Source of the DNA: Octopus vulgaris
Taxonomy: Eukaryota
DNA length: 64,000 nucleotides
Direction of reading: 5' to 3'
NCBI GenBank assembly: GCA_951406725.2
Contig: OX597815.1
Span: 213,776,001-213,840,000 of the forward strand
Below the pieces are notes generated by a model, which had not been told where the DNA came from, ran no database searches, and worked only from the letters and a program-made list of their open reading frames with translations. Made by a program: the position numbers and the translations under genes. Below, in pieces: positions 40,783 through 53,660 of the stretch. The first letter of the stretch is position 1. Every line of letters begins with the position of its first letter.

Positions 40783-41339
40783 ATCAACGTTTGAAGGGCG
40801 ACTGGAGAGTGTCAAGAAAATATTAAGGAAGCGGATTAGGTTAATCCAGTTCTCTTTTCTACTCGCTCGATCTTTAATCTCGCTTTTCATTGTTGTTGTT
40901 GGTATTAGTAGTAGTAGCAGTAGTAGTAGTAGTTGTAATAATAGTGGTGGTCGTGGTGGTAAAGAGATGTTCAAGGTAATGAATGTAGTGGAGCAAAAAT
41001 TTATAATCACAAATGGGAATCATCAACGATCTGTTAAACTACAAAGGATGACAATAAAAGAAGAAACAAAAAGAAAAACAAAACAAAATGAATAAGCAAG
41101 CAATAAAAAAAGGAAAGGAAGAAGGAAAGAAGGAATGACAGTGAAATAAACGCAGAGGAAAGGACATGAAATGTTATTTGATCGTTTCTTCCCATCAGTG
41201 TAACAAGAGTTACTAAAAGAGAGAAGGAGACGGCACTAAATGGATCCAACCAACCAACCAACAAACAAACCTGCCAGCCAGCCAGACAATGAGCTGGCCA
41301 GCCAGCCAGCCAGCCAGCCACGCAACTAATGAAGCAAAG

Positions 41340-41378
<39 letters not shown>

Positions 41379-41699
41379 ACAAAAGAAAAAAAAATCAGAA
41401 AAAAAATTATAAAAGGCGATGAAACAAGAGAAATAAAAGTCAGAAAAGTAAACAAAAATAAATAAAATGTCTGAAATGAAAGGAAACGAAATGAAATGAA
41501 AGTCTCTTAATGTTGTAATTAGTTCCTTTTGGTCTGTTCATTATCATCTTTTATTTTATGTATTTATTTATTACCGTCATTATTGCTGTTGTTGTTGTTG
41601 TTGTTATCATGATATTCATCATCATCATCATCATCATCATAAACATCGTCATCAACCCGGGGTGGGGTGGGGGGTTTGTGAAGGAAAATGATTTCTCAC

Positions 41700-41766
41700 T
41701 TCAACTCGTCGGTATTTCATCTGTTTCGCCTTCTGGACAGGTTCCTCCTCTCCGATCAACCGGCGA
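41700..41766 (-). other. Candidate spliced exon (67 nt)
   Basis: Long pyrimidine tract ...cgcccag|TCGCCGG...GTTGAA|gtgaga; open frame [23 protein letters not shown]. Confidence 0.4.
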
Positions 41767-41812
41767 CTGGGCGTGTGTGAGGACGAAGACAGAAAGATAC
41801 AGAAAGAGAAGG

Positions 41813-41814
<2 letters not shown>

Positions 41815-41899
<85 letters not shown>

Positions 41900-42117
41900 A
41901 ATATATATATATGTATATATACACACACACACACACATATAGTATATATATAAAGTATATATATATATATATATGTATGTATATATCCATATATATATAT
42001 ATGTATGTACGTATATATATATAGTGTATATATATATATACTATATAAATATATATATGTATGTATATATATATAGTGTATATATATATACTATATAAAT
42101 ATATATATGTATGTATG

Positions 42118-42186
<69 letters not shown>

Positions 42187-43145
42187 GAGAGAAAGAGAGA
42201 ATGAGAGAGAAAGAAAGAGAGAGGTGGGAAAGAGAAGGTGGATAAGCGGGAATGTGCAGGAGATATGAAGGGGGGGGGGAGAGAAAGAAAGACTAAAAGA
42301 ACGAACAAAAACAAAAAGAAAAGGTTGAATGTTCGATGTCGTTCGCGTAGAATGTGATGATGATTCAGAGAGCCGCTTTAAGGATGACTCCGTCGGAAGA
42401 AAAACAAAGGCAACAACAAAACAGCAAAGCTAAAAGGAAAACAAAACAAACGAAAAACCAGCAAAAAACAAACAAAAATCCAATCCGAGTCCAACCGAAT
42501 GAACTAACTTTGGCATTTTTATTATCATTTTCTCACTTCTAATGTCAACTAGTTGATTATTATTTGGTTTTGTATTTATTTTTTTGTGTGTTTTTTTAGG
42601 AGGTGGGGTTGTTAGGTATGGGTATAGTATGTTCTATCTCGATCTAGGTGAGATTTCTGAGGATCTTAAATCGTTTCCTTAGCAACATCAAATCTATCCA
42701 AGAATTCGCTATTGATTTACTACAGGAGCAAAAAAAAAAAAAAAAAAAAAAAGAATGAAAAGGAAGGAAAAAGCCACTCTCTGGGATTTCAAATTCCGTT
42801 CGTTGTCGCCTGTTTGTGACGGAATGAGGGAATAGCAGAAGAGCAACTTGTTAATTAATTCCACCATTCGGTCTCCGATGCCAGCCCTTTTATCAGGAAA
42901 ATTCCTTTGGATATGACGAGTCAAACAATAATAATAATATAAAGAAAAATCGCAACAGTATTTATATATAGAATTTTTATTTCGTGCCATATCTATGTCT
43001 CAGGCGACTTAAATATTTCATATAGGAACAAATTTTAAATTATACTTACTATTGTATGAATATTTATATGCCATTACACACATATATGTACAAACATACA
43101 TATATATATATGTATGTATATATATATACATACATATATATATAC

Positions 43146-43176
<31 letters not shown>

Positions 43177-43268
43177 CATACATATATATATACATACATA
43201 CATACATATATATATATATATATGTATGTATATATATATATATACATATACATACATACATACATACA

Positions 43269-43302
<34 letters not shown>

Positions 43303-43307
43303 CATAC

Positions 43308-43338
<31 letters not shown>

Positions 43339-43513
43339 CACATACATATATGTTTATGTATATGCATGTATCGCCATCTAAGTGGCTTGAAAAACTGTTA
43401 AGACACTAGGATATTTTTCTACTTTTCTTAACATGAAACCAATGGTAGCCTTAATTCACAAATATATAAATTATATCCACCAATGCGGTGTTGAGCATTC
43501 ATTTTAATCATTC

Positions 43514-43586
<73 letters not shown>

Positions 43587-43835
43587 ATGTATATATATAT
43601 ATATGTATACGTGTGTGTGTGTGTGTTTGTGTATATTTATATCAAATTAGATACACAACTGAAAACCTACTAATAATTTCATGCTATTGTGATACTTGAA
43701 CAGGCGTATTTATAAAACATGCCATGTGTCTTGAAGCAATCTTTCAGGCTCTGTCTATGCGTTATATCTATCTGTTTATGTATGTATGTATGTATGTATG
43801 TATGTATGTATGTATGTATGTATGTATGTATGTAT
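41815..43835. repeat. Microsatellite-rich tract (CA, TA, GA, TACA, TATG)
   Basis: Seen directly. Confidence 0.9.
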
Positions 43836-43859
43836 AGCATACAATATTTGTCATTTATC

Positions 43860-44435
43860 TTTTACTTGTTTCAGTCATTGGACTGCAGCAATACTGGGGC
43901 ATCACTATGAAAGGTTTAGTCGAACAAATCGTCCTCAGTACTTATTGTAACTTTCAGAGACTCTGAAGGAGAACTTGTGGTTATGCAAGCGTCGCTTGAA
44001 GTCCATCTCGGCTGATCCGATATATTTCCAGGCTTGGGTGTTGGTTGCATTCACATTGTTGGTGTATCTTCGGTTGGTTCCTGTCCTGAGGATGTTATTG
44101 TTGCCACCAGTGGTTTGGGGCTGACCTCAGTGCTGTTATGACCGACGATGCTACTGTGGCTGTTGTCGTCGTTGTGGTGGTCGTCCCTGGCCGTAGCTTT
44201 GGCGACGTGTGTGTGTGTGTGTTTCTTAGTGTCTGTGCTTGTCCTCACTTCACGTCTTGACGACCGGTGCTGGTGTGCTTACGTCCCCGTAACTTAGCGG
44301 TTCTACAAAAGAGACCGATTGAATAAGTACCAGGCTTTAAAAAACAGTGGTGGGGTCCATTCATTCGACTAAAACCCCCCAAGACGGTGCTCCAGCATGG
44401 CTGCAGTCAAATGACTGAAACAAGTAAAAGAATAA
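43860..44435. mobile_element. SINE A tail fragments (- ~43860-43945; + ~44205-44435)
   Basis: Tail motif similarity. Confidence 0.75.
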
Positions 44436-45819
44436 CTGACTTTATAAGAATATATATATACGTTTGATATTGACTGTCGGAATAAAGAGTACTCAATACC
44501 ATAGCAGAAATTAATAATATTCTATTTTGTTCCAGTCAGAATTTTGCTTTTCTGACTTTCACCAGTGGATGCACATGGCTCTCAAGCATCTTACGACAGG
44601 GTATATGACGTTAATGAAAGTCATATACAATTTCATTGATAGACTAAATGGGGAGTATCAAAGAATGATAGGTGGTTCATGTCGTTCGGCGTAAATTTAA
44701 TATTGTGAATGTTTACGGTTCAGATGAAGCGTTATTATTATATATTGTGTCTGTTTATGCTATTGTGGGAGATATGTCACAGGGTTGAATTAAGTTTGTT
44801 TAACATTGTTATATCTATAATTTGTTATTATTGATTTCCAATTAAATAGAAATTTAGTTTACGATGTTGCGCTTGTATCTCTAAATGAATTCGTTTGAAC
44901 GATGCTCCCTTATCATTATACCTAATGTAATGAGGCTACTTATAACAAGATATTTGTTTCTTTTTCTCTTTAATCTATCGTTAATTTCGAATGGTATTTT
45001 CGCATTTACCTCCAAAGATATTTTTCTTTCTTTCTCCCGACCTCTGTCTCTCTCATCCTCTCTCATCTCTCCTCTCTTTCTCGACCCTATATTTCCTTTG
45101 TATTCTTTTATACTTCACTTTCTGAGTCAAAAGAAGCAGGGCATTGTCTTCGACCTTTTTTCTCCTAAATCCTCTAATATTAAACACGTCAAGCGCCAAT
45201 TCGGCAACGAAAGGAGAAACAGGTTCACTGATGGAAATCGGACCACGAACCCATCACTGACCAGGCAACCAAGTCACTCATTATATTATAGTAAACCTGT
45301 AATCTTGGTAGTTTATTCATGTTACCAGCTTACTATACCTTGATTTATAGTATATAAAATACGGTGCATGACCAGACATTTTTAAAAGATTGGTGATTTT
45401 TTTAATTCTAGGGATAGCGGAAAAGACTAAATGCATTGACGTATATGGATTCGCCTCACTACATCCCTGATTCAAATGTCCAGAGTTTAGTTTTCACCAT
45501 TTCTACATTGAGGAAATAAATATCAATAATATACAAGAGTCGGTTCATTTCAATATTTGGCCTTTTTTTTTCTTTGATAATAAATAAAGACAATATATCC
45601 TAGAATAAAAATGGAAGAGATACTGTGACATTCATAACTGTTTTCAAGAACATTCAGTTTAAGGTGAACATGCGCGAATCGGAATTTGGAATAAGGTCGT
45701 AATTTTGACTCCAAAAGAATCTGCCTCTATTTGCCAGCAATCATTTCTCAAAACTTTCTCATATATGTTTATGAAGTCTACAAGTTTTTTTTCACTCTCT
45801 CTGTGCTCATTTTCTCTTA

Positions 45820-45942
45820 TTGCTTTCTTTTGAAGAACGTAGGCACGAAACGTAAAAGACTTTTTCATTTTCCCGAGCGTCAAACTAATACACTTGCTTG
45901 TTGCTCATATGCCTGTCTACGTCTTTTGCTTTCTATAATTTC

Positions 45943-45946
<4 letters not shown>
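45820..45946 (+). mobile_element. pLTR 3' fragment with degenerate hammerhead-like motif
   Basis: tgaagaacgtaggcacgaaacgtaaaagac...tcccgagcgtcaaactaata, homologous to 23508-23631. Confidence 0.6.
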
Positions 45947-45978
<32 letters not shown>

Positions 45979-46127
45979 CAAATTACGATGAACGCAAACA
46001 AACAAACGAAGTTTGCTTTAGAAGCGTTGAGATGTCTCAGAAAGTTAAAGAAGTGATTTTAAATTCTCAAACGCAGGATAATGCTAATAATATAGCTGAA
46101 CAGGATAAGATGCCCCTATTTTGTAGA

Positions 46128-46230
46128 AAAAAAGTGTTGGCGGCCGGCTATGAGACTCGAACTCACACCTCCGTGATTATGCGTCGCGGTGCTCTGAATA
46201 TACTTAAGATTCAGTTGAATTAGGTACTTA
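46128..46230 (-). pseudogene. tRNA-like relic or SINE head
   Basis: Revcomp agagcaccgcgacgcataatcacggaggtgtgagttcgagtctca...tttttt: anticodon-like arm (CAT), B-box and T-run; D arm aberrant. Confidence 0.3.
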
Positions 46231-46521
46231 AATTGAGGCACCTTGCTAGTTCGGTATAACTTGCACCCCCCACCCCCCAACAATATTATTTGAATATTGA
46301 ATATCAAAACTCCGTGTGGGGGTATTTGTACCTAATACCCCCACACGGAGACAATGCAACTCCCCTAAGTGACGATATCTGCTCTTGGTAATTCAGACAT
46401 GTACTTTATATAAAAGTACTTTCTATACTATTTCCGAAGCGCAGATTCCAAGTTAGGTGAACGGAATATAAATAAGTAACAAAGATGTACACCTGTATAA
46501 CTTTGTTACATATTTATATTG

Positions 46522-46555
<34 letters not shown>

Positions 46556-46769
46556 AGTATGTACACTCACCCGTGCGCGCGGCGCCCGCACACACACACA
46601 CACATCTACAAGGAAAAGACTGCAGTGACTTGCAGCGACGGCTTGCGCACCGCCATCATATGTACCCAACTAAGAGGTACAGAGTAAACCTCCTGCGTTA
46701 TGTTGAGTTGCTTTTATAGAGGAATATAAAAATAAACACGCACATGCATACATGTATATACATAAATAC

Positions 46770-46861
46770 ATAGACACACACATAAACATAGACACACACA
46801 TAAACATAGACACACACATAAACATAGACACACACATAAACATAGACACACACATAAACAT
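46770..46861. repeat. 18-bp minisatellite (cataaacatagacacaca) x~5
   Basis: Seen directly. Confidence 0.9.
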
Positions 46862-47095
46862 GTCTGTGTTAACTACAAAGATGAAACCTTGTATCTTTGT
46901 TGGAAACCGGTTCCCTCCTTAGTGGAAAATTTATAATAATTAAAAAATAGAAGAGACCCACACACATATACATACATTGTATCTATCTATCTATATATAT
47001 ATCTATATCTATATATATATATCTATCTATATCTATATCTATATATCTATCTATATCTATATCTATATCTATATCTATATCTATATCTATATCTA

Positions 47096-47150
<55 letters not shown>

Positions 47151-47852
47151 ATATATATATATATATATATATAATAATAAATATTAGGGAATGAATCCAA
47201 AATTACAGGGAAAAATCAGATTTAGGGTTAAATCCAATTTTATAGTAAAATATTATATAATATAATTCGAGACAAAACCACTATTTTAAAACCAAACAAG
47301 GAAAGACTTAATCAATACATAAAATTTTAATATAAATTAAATATATATAATATATATATATATGGCCGGATAACTGAAGAGATGGCGGCGTGGGTTTCCG
47401 CCCCGACATCCGAAACTCGGAGTTTTGTCATGGCTACCGAATAGTTGTCACATATTATATTTACACACACACACACACACATATATACATACATACAAAC
47501 ATACAAACATACAAACATACATACATACATACATACATTTATGCACACACACACACACATATATATATACATACATACATACATACATATATACATACAT
47601 ACATACATACATACATACATACATACATACATACATACACACCTACATACATACATATGCACATATATGTATGAATATATGTACGTATATATAAATCAAT
47701 ATCTAGATAGATAGATATGCTGAAATTCCATCCCAAATTCCGGAGCCTCTGCTTCCTCTGCTTCCAGTTCAGAAATTATTTCATTTCTGATTAGTTGCTC
47801 ACCCTATACAGTGATTAAGTGTAACCGACAATAAAATATTTCCTTACACACA

Positions 47853-47885
<33 letters not shown>

Positions 47886-48559
47886 ACACGCACACAAGCA
47901 ATAGTACTGTTGCGCACACAAGTGACGCTATTTGGCTGATTGGCAAAGGCTAACAATCGCGCTGCAATCACTAACTCAGTGACACACTTTTCTTCACTGT
48001 CTCCGCCATTGCTAGAAAGGAGTTGGCTGCATGTCCCCTCTCTCCCTTCCCCCTTGCCCCTCCTATCATGCTTCACCTCCTACACTCCGTGCTAAACATT
48101 TTGTCCCCGCATTCCATCACATAGATGCAGTCCTCTGGAATTTCCAAACCAACATTTTTTTCCTGCAGGCGTCAACATGCAGAAGTTCAAATTGAACTTC
48201 AACGTCATCGATCTTAAGAGCCTGGATGCAATGGCTTAACAAACTCATGGGTGTTGCCACTCACTGATACAGCTGCTGCTGCTGCTGCTGCTGCCGCTGC
48301 TGCTGCTGTTGCTGCTTTGGTACTACTACTGATCCTGCCGCGGCTGCTACTCTGTATCACCGGCGAATTAGTAAAAACAACACAAATACACAACGAAATA
48401 TACAATGGAAATATTCAAAACTCAAATTCCCAGCCTCATAGTTTCGGGCTCTGTGCCACTGCGTGGCACCGTGATTTTTATTGTTACAACGGGCCAACCA
48501 AAGTCTGTAAGAGAATTTGGTAGATGGAAACTGAAAGAAGCCCGTCATTACGCCAGAGT

Positions 48560-48685
48560 AATCACATAAATGCGAAACAAGGTGAAAAAAATAGTATTCG
48601 AATACCAGAGGTATTCGAATTTTTATTAAAAAGTAGCAAAAATATCACAAAAACTGTTGCTCAGAGTTTCACGTTCCCGTTTGTC

Positions 48686-48722
<37 letters not shown>

Positions 48723-48807
48723 CCTTCTTTCCCGAGCATCCAATAATACTATATTTGTTCCACGTCCTCGCGTTGTTGTGTTTTTTTCTGCTTTCATGTT
48801 TGGATTA

Positions 48808-48810
<3 letters not shown>
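48560..48810. mobile_element. Two pLTR-like fragments either side of (TA)n (- 48560-48687; + 48721-48810)
   Basis: Revcomp ccgacaa-a-cg-ggaa-cg-t-gaaa-ctctgag-ca-acag followed by AATAAA; + piece homologous to 26122-26222. Confidence 0.5.
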
Positions 48811-48902
<92 letters not shown>

Positions 48903-49113
48903 TGAAATAGAAAGATGAATAATCTTGTTGCAGATTAATCAAAAGTTTAACCGATACCCTGGCAGCAAAAATCACAGCAGAAGACAGCACGGTTGGAGGT
49001 ACAACCATATGGTGTTGCAACCGTGCGTTGGTGCGGATAATTGAATTTTAATATTATTAGTGAATTGAAGAAATGGAGTTGAACGAAGATTGAACAGAAA
49101 TCGTTTTATTTCA

Positions 49114-49193
49114 TTCTACACGTGTTTCGAAAGGCACAATTTACCAAATTCCGATTGAATAATGAGACCATATTGTGTCTTTCTCTTCAGGAA
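49114..49193 (-). ncRNA. Type I hammerhead ribozyme (minus strand)
   Basis: Exact reverse complement of 49281-49360. Confidence 0.75.
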
Positions 49194-49280
49194 GAAATAG
49201 GAAATCTGTTGGAGCCTCGTTCGATTTGTTTTGCTCCGCCTCTGTTCTGTTTTTGTTTTTTCCAACGGATTTCCTATTTC

Positions 49281-49360
49281 TTCCTGAAGAGAAAGACACA
49301 ATATGGTCTCATTATTCAATCGGAATTTGGTAAATTGTGCCTTTCGAAACACGTGTAGAA
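49281..49360 (+). ncRNA. Type I hammerhead ribozyme
   Basis: ttc-CTGAAGA-gaaagacacaat...attgtgcctttc-GAAA-cacgtg-TA-gaa: intact core, stem II 11/12 paired with G10.1-C11.1, palindromic stem III, GUA site at 49357. Confidence 0.75.
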
Positions 49361-49415
49361 TGCAATAAAACGATTTCTGTTCAATCTTCGGTCAACTCCA
49401 TTTCTTCAATTCACT

Positions 49416-49476
<61 letters not shown>

Positions 49477-49496
49477 TGTATGTATGTATATGTATA

Positions 49497-49538
<42 letters not shown>

Positions 49539-49539
49539 A

Positions 49540-52141
49540 CCCAATGTCAAAATCTACCGAATGTCAGATGGCCCGAGGGCCTTTCTCTCCCAGGAATGAC
49601 AAGATGTGAACGAGGACAGGCGAGGTCCCTCCTGAACCTCATCAACACCCTGTACATGGAGCAAGTAATACTCCAACCAACCAGGGCAGGTAACACACTG
49701 GATCTCTGCTTCACAAATAATATGGATCTCATCCATAATGTGAAAGTGACACCGACACTACTCTCGGATCATAACATGGTAGAGCTGACCATGTACGGGC
49801 CAAAGGAAAGCATGGACATGCAGCCTACAAGAAACCCTCAGAATCTTTCCAGCTTGAACTTCCATAAGGCAAACTGGAAACAAATTGAGAAAGAGATCCT
49901 CAAACAAAACTGGCCTGAATGTCTCTCCTCGCCAGACATCGACGTGAAACTTCAACAATTCATGTCTGTAATGCAAGCCATATGCTACAAATGTGTCCCA
50001 GAGAGAAAGGCCACTGTACACAAGAACAAAATCCCCAGAGAGAGGAAAATTTTAATGAGGCGGCGTACAAAAATTTCAAATCGCCTAAACAAACAAATTG
50101 AAAGCAGTGAAAAGTCCCGCCTGAAAATAAAACTGTTGGAAATTGAAAAATGTCTGCAACTCTCCCATGAAAAGGAAAGAGCAGACAAAGAAGCCTGGGC
50201 TATAGACAGCATAAAATCTAACCCCAGAGCTTTCTACAGGTATGCCAAAGAAACAGCTACGGTGCACTGTAGGATAGGGCCACTCCTTGAAAAGGATGGC
50301 ACACTCACAGGAAAACCAATGAGGGTAAGTGAAATACTGAATGAGCAATTCAAGAGTGTTTTCACTCCACCCCTTGGGCATCTCCAAATCACCAATCCAA
50401 CTGACTTCTTTACCACTGCAGATATAAAATCAGAGGCGGCGACGATAGATTACATCGATATAAAGGAAGACGATGTAATAAAGGCTATAGATGAAATGAA
50501 AACAGACTCAGCTACTGGCCCCGATGGATTCCCGGCAATCCTCCTAAAAGTATGTAAGAGAGTCCTAGCAAGACCACTGCAGTTCCTCTTTCAGAGCTTC
50601 CTTGCAGCTGGCAAACATCCAAGAAAACTGAAGGAAGGTAGAATATGCCCTATTCATAAAGGAGGTAGCAGAGCGGAGGCCAAGAGCTACAGACCTATCT
50701 CTCTGACCTCACACATCAGCAAGGTCATGGAACGAATAGTCAGAAGGAAACTGATCACCTTCCTTGAAGAAAATGACTTGCTGCCTGACACCCAACATGG
50801 TTTCCGACCAGGAAGAAGCTGCTTAACTCAGCTCCTACAACACTATGACTGGGTGCTGAAACGACTGCTCAACCACTCAAATGTGGAAGTGATATATCTC
50901 GACTTTGCAAAGGCCTTTGATAAAGTCGATCATGGAATGGTATGTCACAAACTGCGTGATCTTAGCATAGTTGGAAAACTGGGAGAATGGCTTCATGACT
51001 TTCTGAAAGATAGAAGTCAGGTGGTAGTAGCCAATGGGGCCACTTCCATTAACACGTAAATAGTGAGCGGTGTTCCGCAGGGCACTGTTTTGGGACCACT
51101 ACTGTTCATAATGGCCCTCTCAGACATGCCCTCAGCCACGCAGAGAGCCACGATCACAAGTTATGCAGATGATACAAAAGTTTCACAGACAATACAGAAC
51201 CTTGAGGACACTAAACGCCTGCAATGTGAGCTGGACAAAATATACAAGTGGGCTGAAAAGAATAGCATGCAGTTCAATGCTGAAAAGTTTCAAACTTTAT
51301 GCTATCAGCATGCAAAACTAAATGCAATACCCAATGAATACACTGGACCCGGAGGAATTGCAATCCCAGAGGCACAATCAGTGCATGACCTGGGTATTTA
51401 CATGAGTGATGACGCAACCTTTCGTGTACATGTTGCCAAATTGGCAATGAAATGTAGACGACAGGCCGGATGGATTCTCAGAACCTTTAGAACAAGAGAA
51501 CAAGAAACCATGATGGTCCTCTGGAGGACACTTGTCCTAAGCCACTTTGACTATTGCTCTCAGCTATGGTCACCATCCAGTGTCAAGTTGATCACAGAAC
51601 TTGAGGCGATCCAACGTAGCTACACGAAGAAGATAGCCTCTGTGCAGAATATAAGCTACTGGGAAAGACTCAAGAGATTAAAACTCTATTCCTTGGAGCG
51701 TAGGCGAGAAAGATATGCCATAATATACATCTGGAAGATCCTGGAAGGACTTGTCCCAAACTTTGGCATCGAGAGTTACACAAATGCCAGAACTGGGCGC
51801 CACTGCGTGGTGCCTAGGACTCCAAATTTGCCATCAAGATGTAGGACAAGATACTGTGATAGCCTGGGCTTCCGAGGCCCACAGCTCTTCAATATCCTCC
51901 CGAAGAACCTAAGAGACCTGCATGGGGTGGATGCAGATGTCTTTAAAATGAAACTGGATCTCTTCTTGTCAGGTATCCCAGATGAACCAACTTCACGGCA
52001 GGAGGTGCAGATGAGGGCAGCTGCATCGAACTCTCTCATGTACCAAATGGCAGTTGCTAAAAAGCATTCGTGAAGTAAAACCATGTGGCAACACCAAATG
52101 GCGGTGCCCCAGCATGGCCACAGCTCGTGAGCTGAAACTAG

Positions 52142-52186
<45 letters not shown>
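49540..52186 (+). mobile_element. CR1/L2-group LINE, 5'-truncated; ORF2 broken by a single stop
   Basis: ORFs 49596-51059 and 51063-52073 in frame: PTRAGNTLDL..SDH (APE), GPDG, YRPISLTS, QHGFR, YLDFAKAFDKVDH, SGVPQGTVLGP, YADD; (ATCA)n tail; (TA)n flanks. Confidence 0.95.
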
Positions 52187-52215
<29 letters not shown>

Positions 52216-52218
<3 letters not shown>

Positions 52219-52736
52219 GGGTTCTTTTGAAGTGACTTAAAAGTCAATTCAATAACACTGTCTCCAAACTCTATGCTTAGAATGACCAATTTCAAATACT
52301 ATTGGAACTTACATACAAGGTACAGGATTCTTATATGTATACCATTCTGCCTAAATAATGGAACTGCAGATACAATATCCCTGCGTATCTCACGTCTGTT
52401 TTCATTCCTTCTCTTCACTCTCTATTTCCTATCATCTCTAGAATAACTATTGTTTAACCATTTTCTCACACCGTCTCCGATGAAGGGATATATAAAATAT
52501 CCCGGAAACAGCTGTAAGACCTTCTCTTTATAAATGTTCTGAAATCTTTCACAGCCTTGGATTTTTATTTCATTCTCTTAATTTTTTCTATATACGCATG
52601 CTGATGTATGACCTACGTTGGACTGCTCATTCACATAATCACCGAACCTGGAGCTTAACTATAGTCTGTCCATAGCACTTACTCAGCATTACCTGACACC
52701 TTTGGGTCTTCTTGACACCATTACCTTTCATAACCT
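52216..52736 (+). mobile_element. Penelope-type pLTR-like segment with variant hammerhead
   Basis: gtct-CCGATGA-a-gggatat..atatccc-g-GAAA-cagctg-TA-agac at 52473-52520. Confidence 0.6.
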
Positions 52737-52739
52737 ATA

Positions 52740-52962
52740 TACTCTTTACTCTTTTACTTGTTTCAGTCATTTGACTGCGGCCATGCTGGAGCACCGCCTT
52801 TAATCGAGCAACTCGACCCCGGGACTTATTCTTTTGTAAGCCTAGTATTTATTCTATCGGTCTCTTTTGCCGAACCGCTAAGAAACGGGGACATAAACAC
52901 ACCAGCATCGGTTGTCAAGCAATGCTAGGGGGACAAACACAGACACACAAACACACACACGC

Positions 52963-53010
<48 letters not shown>

Positions 53011-53173
53011 TACGACAGACTTCTTTCAGTTTCCGTCTACCAAATCCACTCACAAGGCTTTGGTCGGCCCGAGGCTATAGTAGAAGACACTTGCCCAAGG
53101 TGCCATGCAGTGGGACTGAACCCGGAACCATGTGGTTGGTAAACAAGCTACGTACCACACAGCCAGTCCTGCG

Positions 53174-53177
<4 letters not shown>
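52740..53177 (-). mobile_element. SINE A, full length, young
   Basis: Close to consensus from head to tail. Confidence 0.92.
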
Positions 53178-53213
<36 letters not shown>

Positions 53214-53224
53214 TACATACATAA

Positions 53225-53311
<87 letters not shown>

Positions 53312-53314
<3 letters not shown>

Positions 53315-53430
53315 GAAATTTACAGAAAACGAAAGACTAAGACAGGTGTATAAATAACAAACAAATGTATTAGTTTAACACTCGGGAAGGTGGGAAAGTC
53401 TTTTACGTTTCGAGCCTACGCTCTTCAACA
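53312..53430 (-). mobile_element. pLTR 3' fragment with hammerhead-like motif
   Basis: Revcomp tgttgaagagcgtaggctcgaaacgtaaaagac. Confidence 0.6.
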
Positions 53431-53469
53431 CACATATTTATATATATATATATACATGTATATATCCAT

Positions 53470-53660
53470 GTGTGTGTCTTTGTGTCTGTCTTCCAATCAC
53501 CACTTGACAACCAGTGTTGATGTGTTTACGTTCCCGTAGCGTAGCGGTTCGGCAAAGAGACAGATAGAATAAGTAACAAGCTTAAAAAATAAGTCCTGGG
53601 GTCTATTTGCGGTGCTCTAGAATGGCCACAGACAAACGACTGAAACAAGTAAAAGAATAA
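53470..53660 (+). mobile_element. SINE A 3' half
   Basis: Core and tail similarity. Confidence 0.8.

Larger units (their letters stand above)
49051..49423. mobile_element. 373-bp palindrome (163-bp arms, 47-bp spacer); inverted Penelope-type pLTR pair
   Basis: Arms 49051-49213 and 49261-49423 differ at 3 positions; a hammerhead and AATAAA in each arm. Confidence 0.85.

Noticed and set aside
49116-49358. Near-identical 78-aa ORFs on both strands
   Set aside because: A consequence of the palindrome; no coding evidence
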